Assembly: GCA_964016885.1 (NCBI GenBank) | Contig: OZ024741.1 | Span: 205,654,001-205,718,000, forward strand | DNA: 64,000 bases | From: Eledone cirrhosa | Lineage: Eukaryota | Direction: 5' to 3' | In this document: positions 25,101 through 40,100 of the stretch, piece by piece | Position numbering within the stretch: the stretch's first letter is position 1 | Layout of the letters: each line of letters begins with the position of its first letter | Program-made: the position numbers and the translations under genes | The notes under the pieces: model-generated | Database searches by the model: none | Seen by the model: only the letters and a program-made list of their open reading frames with translations | Told to the model about the DNA's origin: nothing

Positions 25101-28100
25101 ATGGTGTTAATGATGGTGGTGGTGGCAGTGTTGGTGATGGTGGTGGTGGCAGTGTTGGTGATGGTGGCAATGATGGTGGTGGTGGCAGTCTTGATGTTGG
25201 TGATGGTGCTAATGGTGGTGGTGGTGGCAGTGTTGATGTTGGTGATGGTACTAATGGTGGTGGTGGTGGCAGTGTTGGTGATGGTGGTAATGATGGTGGT
25301 GGTGGCAGTGTTGGTGATGGTGATGGTGATGGTGGTTGTGGCAGTGTTGGTGATGGTGATGGTGGTGGTGGTCTTGATGGCAGTGTTGGTGTTGATGGTG
25401 GTGGTGGCAGTGTTGGTGTTGGTGGTAATGATGGTGGTGGTGGCAGTGTTGGTGTTGGTGATGGTGGTAATGATGGTGGTGGTGGCAGTGTTGGTGTTGG
25501 TGGTAATGATGGTGGTGGTGGCAGTGTTGATGATGGTGGTAATGATGGTGGTGGTGGCAGTGTTGATGATGGTGGTAATGATGGTGGTGGTGGCAGTGTT
25601 GGTGTTGGTGGTAATGATGGTGGTGGTGGCAGTGTTGGTGTTGGTGGTAATGATGGTGGTGGTGGCAGTGTTGATGATGGTGGTAATGATGGTGGTGGTG
25701 GCAGTATTGGTGATGGTGGTAATGATGGCGGTGGTGGCAATATTGGTGATGGTGGTAATGATGGTCGTGGCAGTGTTGGTGTTGGTGGTAATGATGGTGG
25801 TGGTGGCAGTGTTGATGATCGTGGTAATGATGGTGGTGGTGGCAGTGTTGGTGATCGTGGTAATGATGGTGGTGGTGGCAGTGTTGGTGGTGGTGGTAAT
25901 GATGGTGGTGGTGGCAGTGTTGTTGTTGGTGATGGTGGTAATGATGGTGGTGGTGGCAGTGTTGGTGTTGGTGATGGTGGTGGTGGTGGTGGCAGTGTTG
26001 GTGATCGTGGTAATGATGGTGCTGGTGGCAGTGTTGGTGATAGTGGTAATGATGGTGGTGGTGGCAGTGTTGGTGGTGGTGATCGTGGTAATAATGGTGG
26101 TGGTGGCAGTGTTGGTGATGGTGGTAATGATGGTGGTGGTGGGAGTGTTGGTGATGGTGGTAATGATGGTGGTGGTGGTAGTGTTGGTGTTGATGATGGT
26201 GGTAATGAAGGTGGTGGTGGCAGTGTTGGTGATGGTGGTAATGATGGTGGTGGTGGAAGTGTTGGTGATCGTAGTAATGATGGTGGTGGTGGCAGTGTTG
26301 GTGATGGTGGTAATGATGGTGGTGGCAGTGTTGGTGATGGTGGTAATGATGGTAGTAGTGGCAGTGTTGGTGTTGGTGGTAATGATGGTGGTGGCGGCAG
26401 TGTTGGTGATGGTGGTAATGATGGTGGTGGTGGCAGTGTTGGTGATCGTGGTAATGATGGTGGTGGTGGCAGTGTTGGTGATGGTGGTAATGATGGTGGT
26501 GGTGGAAGTGTTGGTGATGGTAGTAATGATGGTGGTGGTGGCAGTATTGGTGATGGTGGTAATGATGGTGGTGGTGGCAGTGTTGGTGATGGTGGTAATG
26601 ATGGTGGTGGTGGAAGTGTTGGTGATCGTGGTAATGATGGTGGTGGTGGCAGTCTTGATGTTGGTGATGGTGCTAATGGTGGTGGTGGCAGTGTTGACGT
26701 TGGTGATGGTGCTAATGGTGGTGGTAGTGGCAGTGTTGGTGATGGTGGTAATGATGGTGGTGGTGGCAGTGTTGGTGATGGTGGTAATGATGGTGGTGGT
26801 GGAAGTGTTGGTGATCGTGGTAATGATGGTGGTGGTGGCAGTGTTGATGTTGGTGATGGTGCTAATGGTGGTGGTGGCAGTGTTGACGTTGGTGATGGTG
26901 CTAATGGTGGTGGTGGTGGCAGTGTTGGTGATAGTGCTAATGGTGGTGGTGGTGGCAGTGTTGGTGATGGTGGTAATGATGGTGGTGGTGGCAGTGTTGG
27001 TGATGGTGGTGGTGGCAGTGTTGGTGATGGTGGCAATGATGGTGGTGGTGGCAATCTTGATGTTGGTGATGGTGCTAATGGTGGTGGTGGTGGCAGTGTT
27101 GATGTTGGTGATGGTACTAATGGTGGTGGTGGTGGCAGTGTTGGTGATGGTGGTAATGATGGTGGTGGTGGCAGTGTTGGTGATGGTGATGGTGATGGTG
27201 GTTGTGGCAGTGTTGGTGATGGTGATGGTGGTGGTGGTGTTGATGGCAGTGTTGGTGTTGATGGTGGTGGTGGCAGTGTTGGTGTTGGTGGTAATGATGG
27301 TGGTGGTGGCAGTGTTGGTGTTGGTGGTAATGATGGTGGTGGTGGCAGTGTTGATGATGGTGGTAATGATGGTGGTGGTGTCAGTGTTGATGATGGTGGT
27401 AATGATGGTGGTGGTGGCAGTGTTCGTGTTGGTGGTAATGATGGTGGTGGTGGCATTGTTGGTGTTGGTGGTAATGATGGTGGTGGTGGCAGTGTTGATG
27501 ATGGTGGTAATGATGGTGGTGGTGGCAGTGTTGGTGTTGGTGGTAATGATGGTGGTGGTGGCAGTGTTGATGTTGGTGTTGGTGCTAATGATGGTGGTGG
27601 TGGCAGTGTTGGTGATCGTGGTAATGATGGTGGTGGTGGCAGTGTTGATGATCGTGGTAATGATGGTGGTGGTGGCAGTGTTGGTGATCGTGGTAATTAT
27701 GGTGGTGGTGGCAGTGTTGGTGGTGGTGGTAATGATGGTGGTGGTGGCAGTGTTGTTGTTGGTGATGGTGGTAATGATGGTGGTGGTGGCAGTGTTGGTG
27801 TTGGTGATGGTGGTGGTGGTGGTGGCAGTGTTGGTGATCGTGGTAATGATGGTGGTGGTGGCAGTGTTGGTGATCGTGGTAATGATGGTGCTGGTGGCAG
27901 GGTTGGTGATAGTGGTAATGATGGTGGTGGTGGCAGTGTTGGTGGTGGTGATCGTGGTAATAATGGTGGTGGTGGCAGTGTTGGTGATGGTGGTAATGAT
28001 GGTGGTGGTGGGAGTGTTGGTGATGGTGGTAATGATGGTGGTGGTGGTAGTGTTGGTGTTGATGATGGTGGTAATGAAGGTGGTGGTGGCAGTGTTGGTG

Positions 28101-31100
28101 ATGGTGGTAATGATGGTGGTGGCGGTAGTGTTGGTGTTGATGATGGTGGTAATGATGGTGGTGGTGGCAGTGTTGATGTTGGTGTTGGTGCTAATCGTGG
28201 TGGTGGTGGCAGTGTTGGTGGTGGTGATCGTGGTAATAATGATGGTGGTGGCAGGTTTGGTGATGGTGGTAACAATGGTGGTGGTGGCAGTGTTGGTGTT
28301 GGTGGTAATGATGGTGGTGGTGGCAGTGTTGATGTTGGTGTTGGTGCTAATGATGGTGGTGGTGGCAGTGTTGGTGATGGTGGTAATGATGGTGGTGGCG
28401 GCAGTGTTGGTGATGGTGGTAATGATGGTGGTGGTGGCAGTGTTGGTGTTGGTGATGGTGGTAATGATGGTGGTGGTGGCAGTGTTGGTGATCGTGGAAA
28501 TGATGGTGGTGGTGGCAGTGTTGGTGTTGGTGATGGTGGTAATGATGGTGGTGGTGGCAGTGTTGATGTTGGTGTTGGTGCTAATGATGGTGGTGGTGGC
28601 AGTGTTGGTGTTGGTGGTAATGAGGGTGGTGGGAGTGTTGGTGATGGTGGTAATGATGGTGGTGGCAGTGTTGGTGATGGTGGTAATGATGGTGGTGGCG
28701 GCAGTGTTGGTGATGGTGGTAATGATGGTGGTGGCGGCAGTGTTGGTGATGGTGGTAATGATGGTGATGGTGGCAGTGTTGGTGTTGGTGATGGTGGTAA
28801 TGATGGTGGTGGTGGCAGTGTTGGTGATCGTGGTAATGATGGTGGTGGTGGCAGTGTCGGTGATGGTGGTAATGATGGTGGTGGTGGAAGTGTTGGTGAT
28901 GGTAGTAATGATGGTGGTGTTGGCAGTGTTGGTGATGGTGGTAATGATGGTGGTGGCAGTGTTGGTGATGGTGGTAATGATGGTGGTAGTGGCAGTGTTG
29001 GTGTTGGTGGTAATGATGGTGGTGGCAGCAGTGTTGCTGATGGTGGTAATGATGGTGATGGTGGCAGTGTTGGTGTTGGTGATGGTGGTAATGATGGTGG
29101 TGGTGGCAGTGTTGGTGATCGTGGTAATGATGGTGGTGGTGGCAGTGTTGGTGATGGTGGTAATGATGGTGGTGGTGGAAGTGTTGGTGATGGTAGTAAT
29201 GATGGTGGTGTTGGCAGTGTTGGTGATGGTGGTAATGATGGTGGTGGCAGTGTTGGTGATGGTGGTAATGATGGTGGTACTGGCAGTGTTGTTGTTGGTG
29301 GTAATGATGGTGGTGGCGGCAGTGTTGGTGATGGTGGTAATGATGGTGATGGTGGCAGTGTTGGTGTTGGTGATGGTGGTAATGATGGTGGTGGTTGCAG
29401 TGTTGGTGATGGTGGTAATGATGGTGGTGGTGGAAGTGTTGGTGATGGTAGTAATAATGGTGGTGGTGGCAGTGTTGGTGATGGTGGTAATGATGGTGCT
29501 GGCAGTGTTGGTGATGGTGGTAATGATGGTGGTAGTGGCAGTGTTGGTGTTGGTGGTAATGATGGTGGTGGCGGCAGTTTTGGTGATGGTGGTAATGATG
29601 GTGGTGGTGGCAGTGTTGGTGTTGGTGGTAATGATGGTGGTGGTGGCAGTGTTGGTGTTGGTGATGGTGGTAATGATGGTGGTGGTGGCATTGTTGGTGA
29701 TGGTGGTAATGATGTTGGTGGTGGCAGTGTTGGTGTTGGTGATGGTGGTAATGATGGTGGTGGTGGCAGCGTTGGTGTTGGTGATGGTGGTAATGATGGT
29801 GGTGGTGGCAGTGTTGGTGATGGTGGTAATGATGGTGGTGGTGGCAGTGTTGGTGTTGGTGATGGTGGTAATGATGGTGGTGGTGGCATTGTTGGTGATG
29901 GTGGTAATGATGGTGGTGGTGGCAGTGTTGGTGTTGGTGATGGTGGTAATGATGGTGGTGGTGGCAGTGTTGGTGTTGGTGGTAATGATGGTGGTGGTGG
30001 AAGTGTTGGTGATGGTGGTGATGATGGTGGTGGTGGCAGTGTTGGTGATGGTGGTGATGATGGTGGTGGTGGCAGTGTTGGTGATGGTGGTAATGATGGT
30101 GGTGGTGGCAGTGTTGGTGTTGATGGTAATGATGGTGGTGGTGGCAGTGTTAGTGTTGATGGTAATGATGGTGGTGCTGGCAGTGTTGGAGATGTTGGTG
30201 CTGGTGGCAGTGTTGGTGATGGTGGTAATGATGGTGGTGGTGGCAGTGTTGGTGATGGTGGTAATGATGGTGGTGGTGGCAGTGTTGGTGTTGGTGGTAA
30301 TGATGGTGGTGGTGGAAGTGTTGGTGATGGTGGTGATGATGGTGGTGGTGGCAGTGTTGGTGATGGTGGTGATGATGGTGGTGGTGGCAGTGTTGGTGAT
30401 GGTGGTAATGATGGTGGTGGTGGCAGTGTTGGTGTTGGTGGTAATGATGGTGGTGGTGGAAGTGTTGGTGATGGTGGTGATGATGGTGGTGGTGGCAGTG
30501 TTGGTGATGGTGGTGATGATGGTGGTGGTGGCAGTGTTGGTGATGGTGGTAATGATGGTGGTGGTGGCAGTGTTGGTGTTGATGGTAATGATGGTGGTGG
30601 TGCCAGTGTTAGTGTTGATGGTAATGATGGTGGTGCTGGCAGTGTTGGAGATGTTGGTGCTGGTGGCAGTGTTGGTGATGGTGGTAATGATGGTGGTGGT
30701 GGCAGTGTTGGTGATGGTTGTAATGATGGTGGTGGTGGCAGTGTTGGTGATGGTGGTAATGATGGTGGTGGTGGTAGTGTTGGTGGTGGTGATGGTGGTA
30801 ATGATGGTGGTGGTGGCAGTGTTGGTCATGGTGGTAATGATGGTGGTGGAGGCAGTGTTGGTGTTGATGGTAATGATGGTAGTGGTGGTAGTGTTGGTGG
30901 TGGTGATGGTGGTAATGATGGTGGTGGCGGTAGTGTTGGTGTTGGTGATGGTGGTTATTATGGTGGTGGTGGCAGTGTTGGTGTTGATGGTAATGATGGT
31001 AGTGGTGGTAGTGTTGGTGGTGGTGATGGTGGTAATGATGGTGGTGGCGGTAGTGTTGGTGTCGGTGATGGTGGTTATTATGGTGGCGGTGGCAGTGTTG

Positions 31101-34100
31101 GTGTTGGTGATGGTGGTAATGATGGTGGTGGTGGCAGTGGTGGTGTTGGTGATGGTGGTAATGATGTTGGTGGTGGCAGTGGTGGTGTTGGTGATGGTGG
31201 TAATAATAGTGGTCGTGGCAGTGTTGGTGTTGGTGGTAATGATGGTGGTGGTGGCAGTGTTGGTGTTGGTGGTAATGATGGTGGTTGTGGCAGTGGTGGT
31301 GTTGGTGGTAATGATGGTGGTGGTGGCAGTGGTGGTGTTGGTGGTAATGATGGTGGTGGTGGCAGTGGTGGTGTTGGTGATGGTGGTAATGATGGTGGTG
31401 GTGGCAGTGTTGGTGTTGGTGATGGTGGTAATGATGGTGGTGGTGGCAGTGGTGGTGTTGGTGATGGTGGTAATGATGGTGGTGGTGGCAGTGTTGGTGT
31501 TGGTGATGGTGGTAATAATGGTGGTCGTGGCAGTGTTGGTGATGGTGGTAATGATGGTGGTGGTGGCAGTGGTGGTGTTGGTGATGGTGGTAATGATGGT
31601 GGTGGTGGCAGTGTTGGTGTTGGTGATGGTGGTAATAATGGTGGTCGTGGCAGTGTTGGTGTTGGTGGTAATGATGGTGGTGGTGGCAGTGTTGATGATG
31701 GTGGTAATGATGGTGGTGGTCGCAGTGTTGGTGTTGTTGATGGTGGTTATTATGGTGGTGGTGGCAGTGTTGTTGATGGTGGTAATGATGGTGGTGGTGT
31801 TGGTGCTGGTGTTGGTGATGGTGGTAATGATAGTGGTCGTGGCAGTGTTGGTGATAGTGGTAATGATGGTGGTGGTGGCAGTGTTGGTGATGGTGGTGAT
31901 GATGGTGGTGGTGGCAGTGTTGGTGATGGTGGTAATGATGGCGGTGGTGGCAGTGTTGGTGTTGATGGTAATGATGGTGGTGGTGACAGTGTTAGTGTTG
32001 ATGGTAATGATGGTGGTGGTGGCAATGTGGGAGATGATGGTGCTGGTGGCAGTGTTGGTGATGGTAGTAATGATGGTGGTGGTGGTGGTAGTGTTGGTGG
32101 TGGTGATAGTGGTAATGATGGTTGTGGTGGCAGTGTTGGTGATGGTAGTAATGATGGTGGTGGTGGTAGTGTTGGTGTTCGTGATGGTGGTAATGATGGT
32201 GGTGGCGGCAGTGTTGGTGATGGTGGTAATGATGGTGATGGTGGCAGTGTTGGTGTTGGTGATGGTGGTAATGATGGTGGTGGTGGCAGTGTTGGTGATG
32301 GTGGTAATGATGGTGGTGGTGGAAGTGTTGGTGATGGTAGTAATGATGGTGGTGGTGGCAGTGTTGGTGATGGTGGTAATGATGGTGGTGGCAGTGTTGG
32401 TGATGGTGGTAATGATGGTGGTAGTGGCAGTGTTGGTGTTGGTGGTAATGATGGTGGTGGCGGCAGTGTTGGTGATGGTGGTAATGATGGTGATGGTGGG
32501 AGTGTTGGTGTTGGTGATGGTGGTAATGATGGTGGTGGTGGCAGTGTTGGTGATCGTGGTAATGATGGTGGTGGTGGCAGTGTTGGTGATGGTGGTAATG
32601 ATGGTGGTGGTGGAAGTGTTGGTGAAGGTAGTAATGATGGTGGTGGTGGCAGTGTTGGTGATGGTGGTAATGATGGTGGTGGCAGTGTTGGTGATGGTGG
32701 TAATGATGGTGGTAGTGGCAGTGTTGGTGTTGGTGGTAATGATGGTGGTGGCGGCAGTGTTGGTGATGGTGGTAATGATGGTGATGGTGGCAGTGTTGGT
32801 GTTGGTGATGGTGGTAATGATGGTGGTGGTGGCAGTGTTGGTGATCGTGGTAATGATGGTGGTGGTGGCAGTGTTGGTGATGGTGGTAATGATGGTGGTG
32901 GTGGAAGTGTTGGTGATGGTAGTAATGATGGTGGTGGTGGCAGTGTTGGTGATGGTGGTAATGATGGTGGTGGCAGTGTTGGTGATGGTGGTAATGATGG
33001 TGGTAGTGGCAGTGTTGGTGTTGGTGGTAATGATGGTGGTGGCGGCAGTGTTGGTGATGGTGGTAATGATGGTGGTGTTGGCAGTGTTGGTGTTGGTGAT
33101 GGTGGTAATGATGGTGGTGGTGGCAGTGTTGGTGATGGTGGTAATGATGGTGGTGGTGGCAGTGTTGGTGATGGTGGTAATGATGGTGGTGGTGGAAGTG
33201 TTGGTGATCGTGGTAATGATGGTGGTGGTGGCAGTCTTGATGTTGGTGATGGTGGTGGTGGCAGTGTTGATGTTGGTGATGGTGCTAATGGTGGTGGTGG
33301 CAGTGTTGACGTTGGTGATGGTGCTAATGGTGGTGGTGGTGGCAGTGTTGGTGATAGTGCTAATGGTGGTGGTGGTGGCAGTGTTGGTGATGGTGGTAAT
33401 GATGGTGGTGGTGGCAGTGTTGGTGATGGTGGTGGTGGCAGTGTTGGTGATGGTGGCAATGATGGGGGTGGTGGCAGTCTTGATGTTGGTGATGGTGCTA
33501 ATGGTGGTGGTGGTGGCAGTGTTGATGTTGGTGATGGTGCTAATGGTGGTGGTGGTGGCAGTGTTGGTGATGGTGGTAATGATGGTGGTAGTGGCAGTGT
33601 TGGTGTTGGTGGTAATGATGGTGGTGGCGGCAGTGTTTGTGATGGTGGTAATGATGGTGGTTGTGGCAGTGTTGGTGTTGGTGATGGTGGTAATGATGGT
33701 GGTGGTGGCAGTGTTGGTGATCGTGGTAATGATGGTGGTGGTGGCAGTGTTGGTGATGGTGGTAATGATGGTGGTGGTGGCAGTGTTGATGTTGGTGTTG
33801 GTGCTAATGATGGTGGTGGTGGCAGTGTTGGTGATGGTGGTAATGATGGTGGTAATGATGGTGGTGGCAGTGTTGGTGATGGTGGTAATGATGGTGGTAG
33901 TGGCAGTGTTGGTGTTGATGTTAATGATGGTGGTGGCGGCAGTGTTGGTGATGGTGGTATTGATGGTGGTGGTGGCAGTGTTGGTATTGGTGATGGTGGT
34001 AATGATGGTGGTGGTGGCAGTGTTGGTGATCGTGGTAATGATGGTGGTGGTGGAAGTGTTGGTGATGGTAGTAATGATGGTGGTGGTGGCAGTGTTGGTG

Positions 34101-37100
34101 ATGGTGGTAATGATGGTGGTGGCAGTGTTGGTGATGGTGGTAATGATGGTGGTAGTGGCAGTGTTGGTGTTCGTGGTAATGATGGTGGTGGCGGCAGTGT
34201 TGCTGATGGTGGTAATGATGGTGGTGGTGGCATTGTTGGTGATGGTGGTAATGATGTTGGTGGTGGCAGTGTTGGTGTTGGTGATGGTGGTAATGATGGT
34301 GGTGGTGGCAGCGTTGGTGTTGGTGATGGTGGTAATGATGGTGGTGGTGGCAGTGTTGGTGTTGGTGATGGTGGTAATGATGGTGGTGGTGGCATTGTTG
34401 GTGATGGTGGTAATGATGGTGGTGGTGGCAGTGTTGGTGTTGGTGATGGTGGTAATGATGGTGGTGGTGGCAGTGTTGGTGTTGGTGGTAATGATGGGGG
34501 TGGTGGAAGTGTTGGTGATGGTGGTGATGATGGTGGTGGTGGCAGTGTTGGTGATGGTGGTGATGATGGTGGTGGTGGCAGTGTTGGTGATGGTGGTAAT
34601 GATGGTGGTGGTGGCAGTGTTGGTGTTGATGGTAATGATGGTGGTGGTGGCAGTGTTAGTGTTGATGGTAATGATGGTGGTGCTGGCAGTGTTGGAGATG
34701 TTGGTGCTGGTGGCAGTGTTGGTGATGGTAGTAATGGTGGTGGTGGTGCTAGTGTTGGTGGTGGTGATGGTGGTAATGATGGTGGTGGTGGCAGTGTTGG
34801 TGATAGTGGTAATGATGGTGGTGGTGGCAGTGTTGGTGATGGTGGTAATGATGGTGGTGGTGGCAGTGTTGGTGTTCGTGATGGTGGTAATGATGGTTGT
34901 GGTGGCAGTGTTGGTGATGGTGATAATGATGGCGGTGGTGGCAGTGTTGGTGATGGTGATAATGATGGCGGTGGTGGCAGTGTTGGTGATGGTGGTGATG
35001 ATGGTGGTGGTGGCAGTGTTGGTGATGGTTGTAATAATGGTGATGGTGGCAGTGTTGGTGATGGTGGTGATGATGGTGGTGGCGGCAGTGTTTGTGATGG
35101 TGGTAATGATGGTGGTTGTGGCAGTGTTGGTGTTGGTGATGGTGGTAATGATGGTGGTGGTGGCAGTGTTGGTGATCGTGGTAATGATGGTGGTGGTGGC
35201 AGTGTTGGTGATGGTGGTAATGATGGTGGTGGTGGCAGTGTTGATGTTGGTGTTGGTGCTAATGATGGTGGTGGTGGCAGTGTTGGTGATGGTGGTAATG
35301 ATGGTGGTGGCAGTGTTGGTGATGGTGGTAATGATGGTGGTGGCAGTGTTGGTGATGGTGGTAATGATGGTGGTAGTGGCAGTGTTGGTGTTGATGTTAA
35401 TGATGGTGGTGGCGGCAGTGTTGGTGATGGTGGTATTGATGGTGGTGGTGGCAGTGTTGGTGTTGGTGATGGTGGTAATGATGGTGGTGGTGGCAGTGTT
35501 GGTGATCGTGGTAATGATGGTGGTGGTGGCAGTGTTGGTGATGGTGGTAATGATGGTGGTGGTGGAAGTGTTGGTGATGGTAGTAATGATGGTGGTGGTG
35601 GCAGTGTTGGTGTTGGTGATGGTGGTAATGATGGTGGTGGTGGCAGCGTTGGTGTTGGTGATGGTGGTAATGATGGTGGTGGTGGCAGTGTTGGTGATGG
35701 TGGTAATGATGGTGGTGGTGGCAGTGTTGGTGTTGGTGATGGTGGTAATGATGGTGGTGGTGGCATTGTTGGTGATGGTGGTAATGATGGTGGTGGTGGC
35801 AGTGTTGGTGTTGGTGATGGTGGTAATGATGGTGGTGGTGGCAGTGTTGGTGTTGGTGGTAATGATGGTGGTGGTGGAAGTGTTGGTGATGGTGGTGATG
35901 ATGGTGGTGGTGGCAGTGTTGGTGATGGTGGTGATGATGGTGGTGGTGGCAGTGTTGGTGATGGTGGTAATGATGGTGGTGGTGGCAGTGTTGGTGTTGA
36001 TGGTAATGATGGTGGTGGTGGCAGTGTTAGTGTTGATGGTAATGATGGTGGTGCTGGCAGTGTTGGAGATGTTGGTGCTGGTGGCAGTGTTGGTGATGGT
36101 GGTAATGATGGTGGTGGTGGCAGTGTTGGTGATGGTGGTAATGATGGTGGTGGTGGCAGTGTTGGTGTTGGTGGTAATGATGGTGGTGGTGGAAGTGTTG
36201 GTGATGGTGGTGATGATGGTGGTGGTGGCAGTGTTGGTGATGGTGGTGATGATGGTGGTGGTGGCAGTGTTGGTGATGGTGGTAATGATGGTGGTGGTGG
36301 CAGTGTTGGTGTTGGTGGTAATGATGGTGGTGGTGGAAGTGTTGGTGATGGTGGTGATGATGGTGGTGGTGGCAGTGTTGGTGATGGTGGTGATGATGGT
36401 GGTGGTGGCAGTGTTGGTGATGGTGGTAATGATGGTGGTGGTGGCAGTGTTGGTGTTGATGGTAATGATGGTGGTGGTGCCAGTGTTAGTGTTGATGGTA
36501 ATGATGGTGGTGCTGGCAGTGTTGGAGATGTTGGTGCTGGTGGCAGTGTTGGTGATGGTGGTAATGATGGTGGTGGTGGCAGTGTTGGTGATGGTTGTAA
36601 TGATGGTGATGGTGGCAGTGTTGGTGATGGTGGTGATGATGGTGGTGGTGGCAGTGTTGGTGATGGTGGTAATGATGGTGGTGGTGGTAGTGTTGGTGGT
36701 GGTGATGGTGGTAATGATGGTGGTGGTGGCAGTGTTGGTCATGGTGGTAATGATGGTGGTGGAGGCAGTGTTGGTGTTGATGGTAATGATGGTAGTGGTG
36801 GTAGTGTTGGTGGTGGTGATGGTGGTAATGATGGTGGTGGCGGTAGTGTTGGTGTTGGTGATGGTGGTTATTATGGTGGTGGTGGCAGTGTTGGTGTTGA
36901 TGGTAATGATGGTAGTGGTGGTAGTGTTGGTGGTGGTGATGGTGGTAATGATGGTGGTGGCGGTAGTGTTGGTGTCGGTGATGGTGGTTATTATGGTGGC
37001 GGTGGCAGTGTTGGTGTTGGTGATGGTGGTAATGATGGTGGTGGTGGCAGTGGTGGTGTTGGTGATGGTGGTAATGATGTTGGTGGTGGCAGTGGTGGTG

Positions 37101-40100
37101 TTGGTGATGGTGGTAATAATAGTGGTCGTGGCAGTGTTGGTGTTGGTGGTAATGATGGTGGTGGTGGCAGTGTTGGTGTTGGTGGTAATGATGGTGGTTG
37201 TGGCAGTGGTGGTGTTGGTGGTAATGATGGTGGTGGTGGCAGTGGTGGTGTTGGTGGTAATGATGGTGGTGGTGGCAGTGGTGGTGTTGGTGATGGTGGT
37301 AATGATGGTGGTGGTGGCAGTGTTGGTGTTGGTGATGGTGGTAATGATGGTGGTGGTGGCAGTGGTGGTGTTGGTGATGGTGGTAATGATGGTGGTGGTG
37401 GCAGTGTTGGTGTTGGTGATGGTGGTAATAATGGTGGTCGTGGCAGTGTTGGTGATGGTGGTAATGATGGTGGTGGTGGCAGTGGTGGTGTTGGTGATGG
37501 TGGTAATGATGGTGGTGGTGGCAGTGTTGGTGTTGGTGATGGTGGTAATAATGGTGGTCGTGGCAGTGTTGGTGTTGGTGGTAATGATGGTGGTGGTGGC
37601 AGTGTTGATGATGGTGGTAATGATGGTGGTGGTCGCAGTGTTGGTGTTGTTGATGGTGGTTATTATGGTGGTGGTGGCAGTGTTGTTGATGGTGGTAATG
37701 ATGGTGGTGGTGTTGGTGCTGGTGTTGGTGATGGTGGTAATGATAGTGGTCGTGGCAGTGTTGGTGATAGTGGTAATGATGGTGGTGGTGGCAGTGTTGG
37801 TGATGGTGGTGATGATGGTGGTGGTGGCAGTGTTGGTGATGGTGGTAATGATGGCGGTGGTGGCAGTGTTGGTGTTGATGGTAATGATGGTGGTGGTGAC
37901 AGTGTTAGTGTTGATGGTAATGATGGTGGTGGTGGCAATGTGGGAGATGATGGTGCTGGTGGCAGTGTTGGTGATGGTAGTAATGATGGTGGTGGTGGTG
38001 GTAGTGTTGGTGGTGGTGATAGTGGTAATGATGGTTGTGGTGGCAGTGTTGGTGATGGTAGTAATGATGGTGGTGGTGGTAGTGTTGGTGTTCGTGATGG
38101 TGGTAATGATGGTGGTGGCGGCAGTGTTGGTGATGGTGGTAATGATGGTGATGGTGGCAGTGTTGGTGTTGGTGATGGTGGTAATGATGGTGGTGGTGGC
38201 AGTGTTGGTGATGGTGGTAATGATGGTGGTGGTGGAAGTGTTGGTGATGGTAGTAATGATGGTGGTGGTGGCAGTGTTGGTGATGGTGGTAATGATGGTG
38301 GTGGCAGTGTTGGTGATGGTGGTAATGATGGTGGTAGTGGCAGTGTTGGTGTTGGTGGTAATGATGGTGGTGGCGGCAGTGTTGGTGATGGTGGTAATGA
38401 TGGTGATGGTGGGAGTGTTGGTGTTGGTGATGGTGGTAATGATGGTGGTGGTGGCAGTGTTGGTGATCGTGGTAATGATGGTGGTGGTGGCAGTGTTGGT
38501 GATGGTGGTAATGATGGTGGTGGTGGAAGTGTTGGTGAAGGTAGTAATGATGGTGGTGGTGGCAGTGTTGGTGATGGTGGTAATGATGGTGGTGGCAGTG
38601 TTGGTGATGGTGGTAATGATGGTGGTAGTGGCAGTGTTGGTGTTGGTGGTAATGATGGTGGTGGCGGCAGTGTTGGTGATGGTGGTAATGATGGTGATGG
38701 TGGCAGTGTTGGTGTTGGTGATGGTGGTAATGATGGTGGTGGTGGCAGTGTTGGTGATCGTGGTAATGATGGTGGTGGTGGCAGTGTTGGTGATGGTGGT
38801 AATGATGGTGGTGGTGGAAGTGTTGGTGATGGTAGTAATGATGGTGGTGGTGGCAGTGTTGGTGATGGTGGTAATGATGGTGGTGGCAGTGTTGGTGATG
38901 GTGGTAATGATGGTGGTAGTGGCAGTGTTGGTGTTGGTGGTAATGATGGTGGTGGCGGCAGTGTTGGTGATGGTGGTAATGATGGTGGTGTTGGCAGTGT
39001 TGGTGTTGGTGATGGTGGTAATGATGGTGGTGGTGGCAGTGTTGGTGATGGTGGTAATGATGGTGGTGGTGGCAGTGTTGGTGATGGTGGTAATGATGGT
39101 GGTGGTGGAAGTGTTGGTGATCGTGGTAATGATGGTGGTGGTGGCAGTCTTGATGTTGGTGATGGTGGTGGTGGCAGTGTTGATGTTGGTGATGGTGCTA
39201 ATGGTGGTGGTGGCAGTGTTGACGTTGGTGATGGTGCTAATGGTGGTGGTGGTGGCAGTGTTGGTGATAGTGCTAATGGTGGTGGTGGTGGCAGTGTTGG
39301 TGATGGTGGTAATGATGGTGGTGGTGGCAGTGTTGGTGATGGTGGTGGTGGCAGTGTTGGTGATGGTGGCAATGATGGGGGTGGTGGCAGTCTTGATGTT
39401 GGTGATGGTGCTAATGGTGGTGGTGGTGGCAGTGTTGATGTTGGTGATGGTGCTAATGGTGGTGGTGGTGGCAGTGTTGGTGATGGTGGTAATGATGGTG
39501 GTAGTGGCAGTGTTGGTGTTGGTGGTAATGATGGTGGTGGCGGCAGTGTTTGTGATGGTGGTAATGATGGTGGTTGTGGCAGTGTTGGTGTTGGTGATGG
39601 TGGTAATGATGGTGGTGGTGGCAGTGTTGGTGATCGTGGTAATGATGGTGGTGGTGGCAGTGTTGGTGATGGTGGTAATGATGGTGGTGGTGGCAGTGTT
39701 GATGTTGGTGTTGGTGCTAATGATGGTGGTGGTGGCAGTGTTGGTGATGGTGGTAATGATGGTGGTAATGATGGTGGTGGCAGTGTTGGTGATGGTGGTA
39801 ATGATGGTGGTAGTGGCAGTGTTGGTGTTGATGTTAATGATGGTGGTGGCGGCAGTGTTGGTGATGGTGGTATTGATGGTGGTGGTGGCAGTGTTGGTAT
39901 TGGTGATGGTGGTAATGATGGTGGTGGTGGCAGTGTTGGTGATCGTGGTAATGATGGTGGTGGTGGAAGTGTTGGTGATGGTAGTAATGATGGTGGTGGT
40001 GGCAGTGTTGGTGATGGTGGTAATGATGGTGGTGGCAGTGTTGGTGATGGTGGTAATGATGGTGGTAGTGGCAGTGTTGGTGTTCGTGGTAATGATGGTG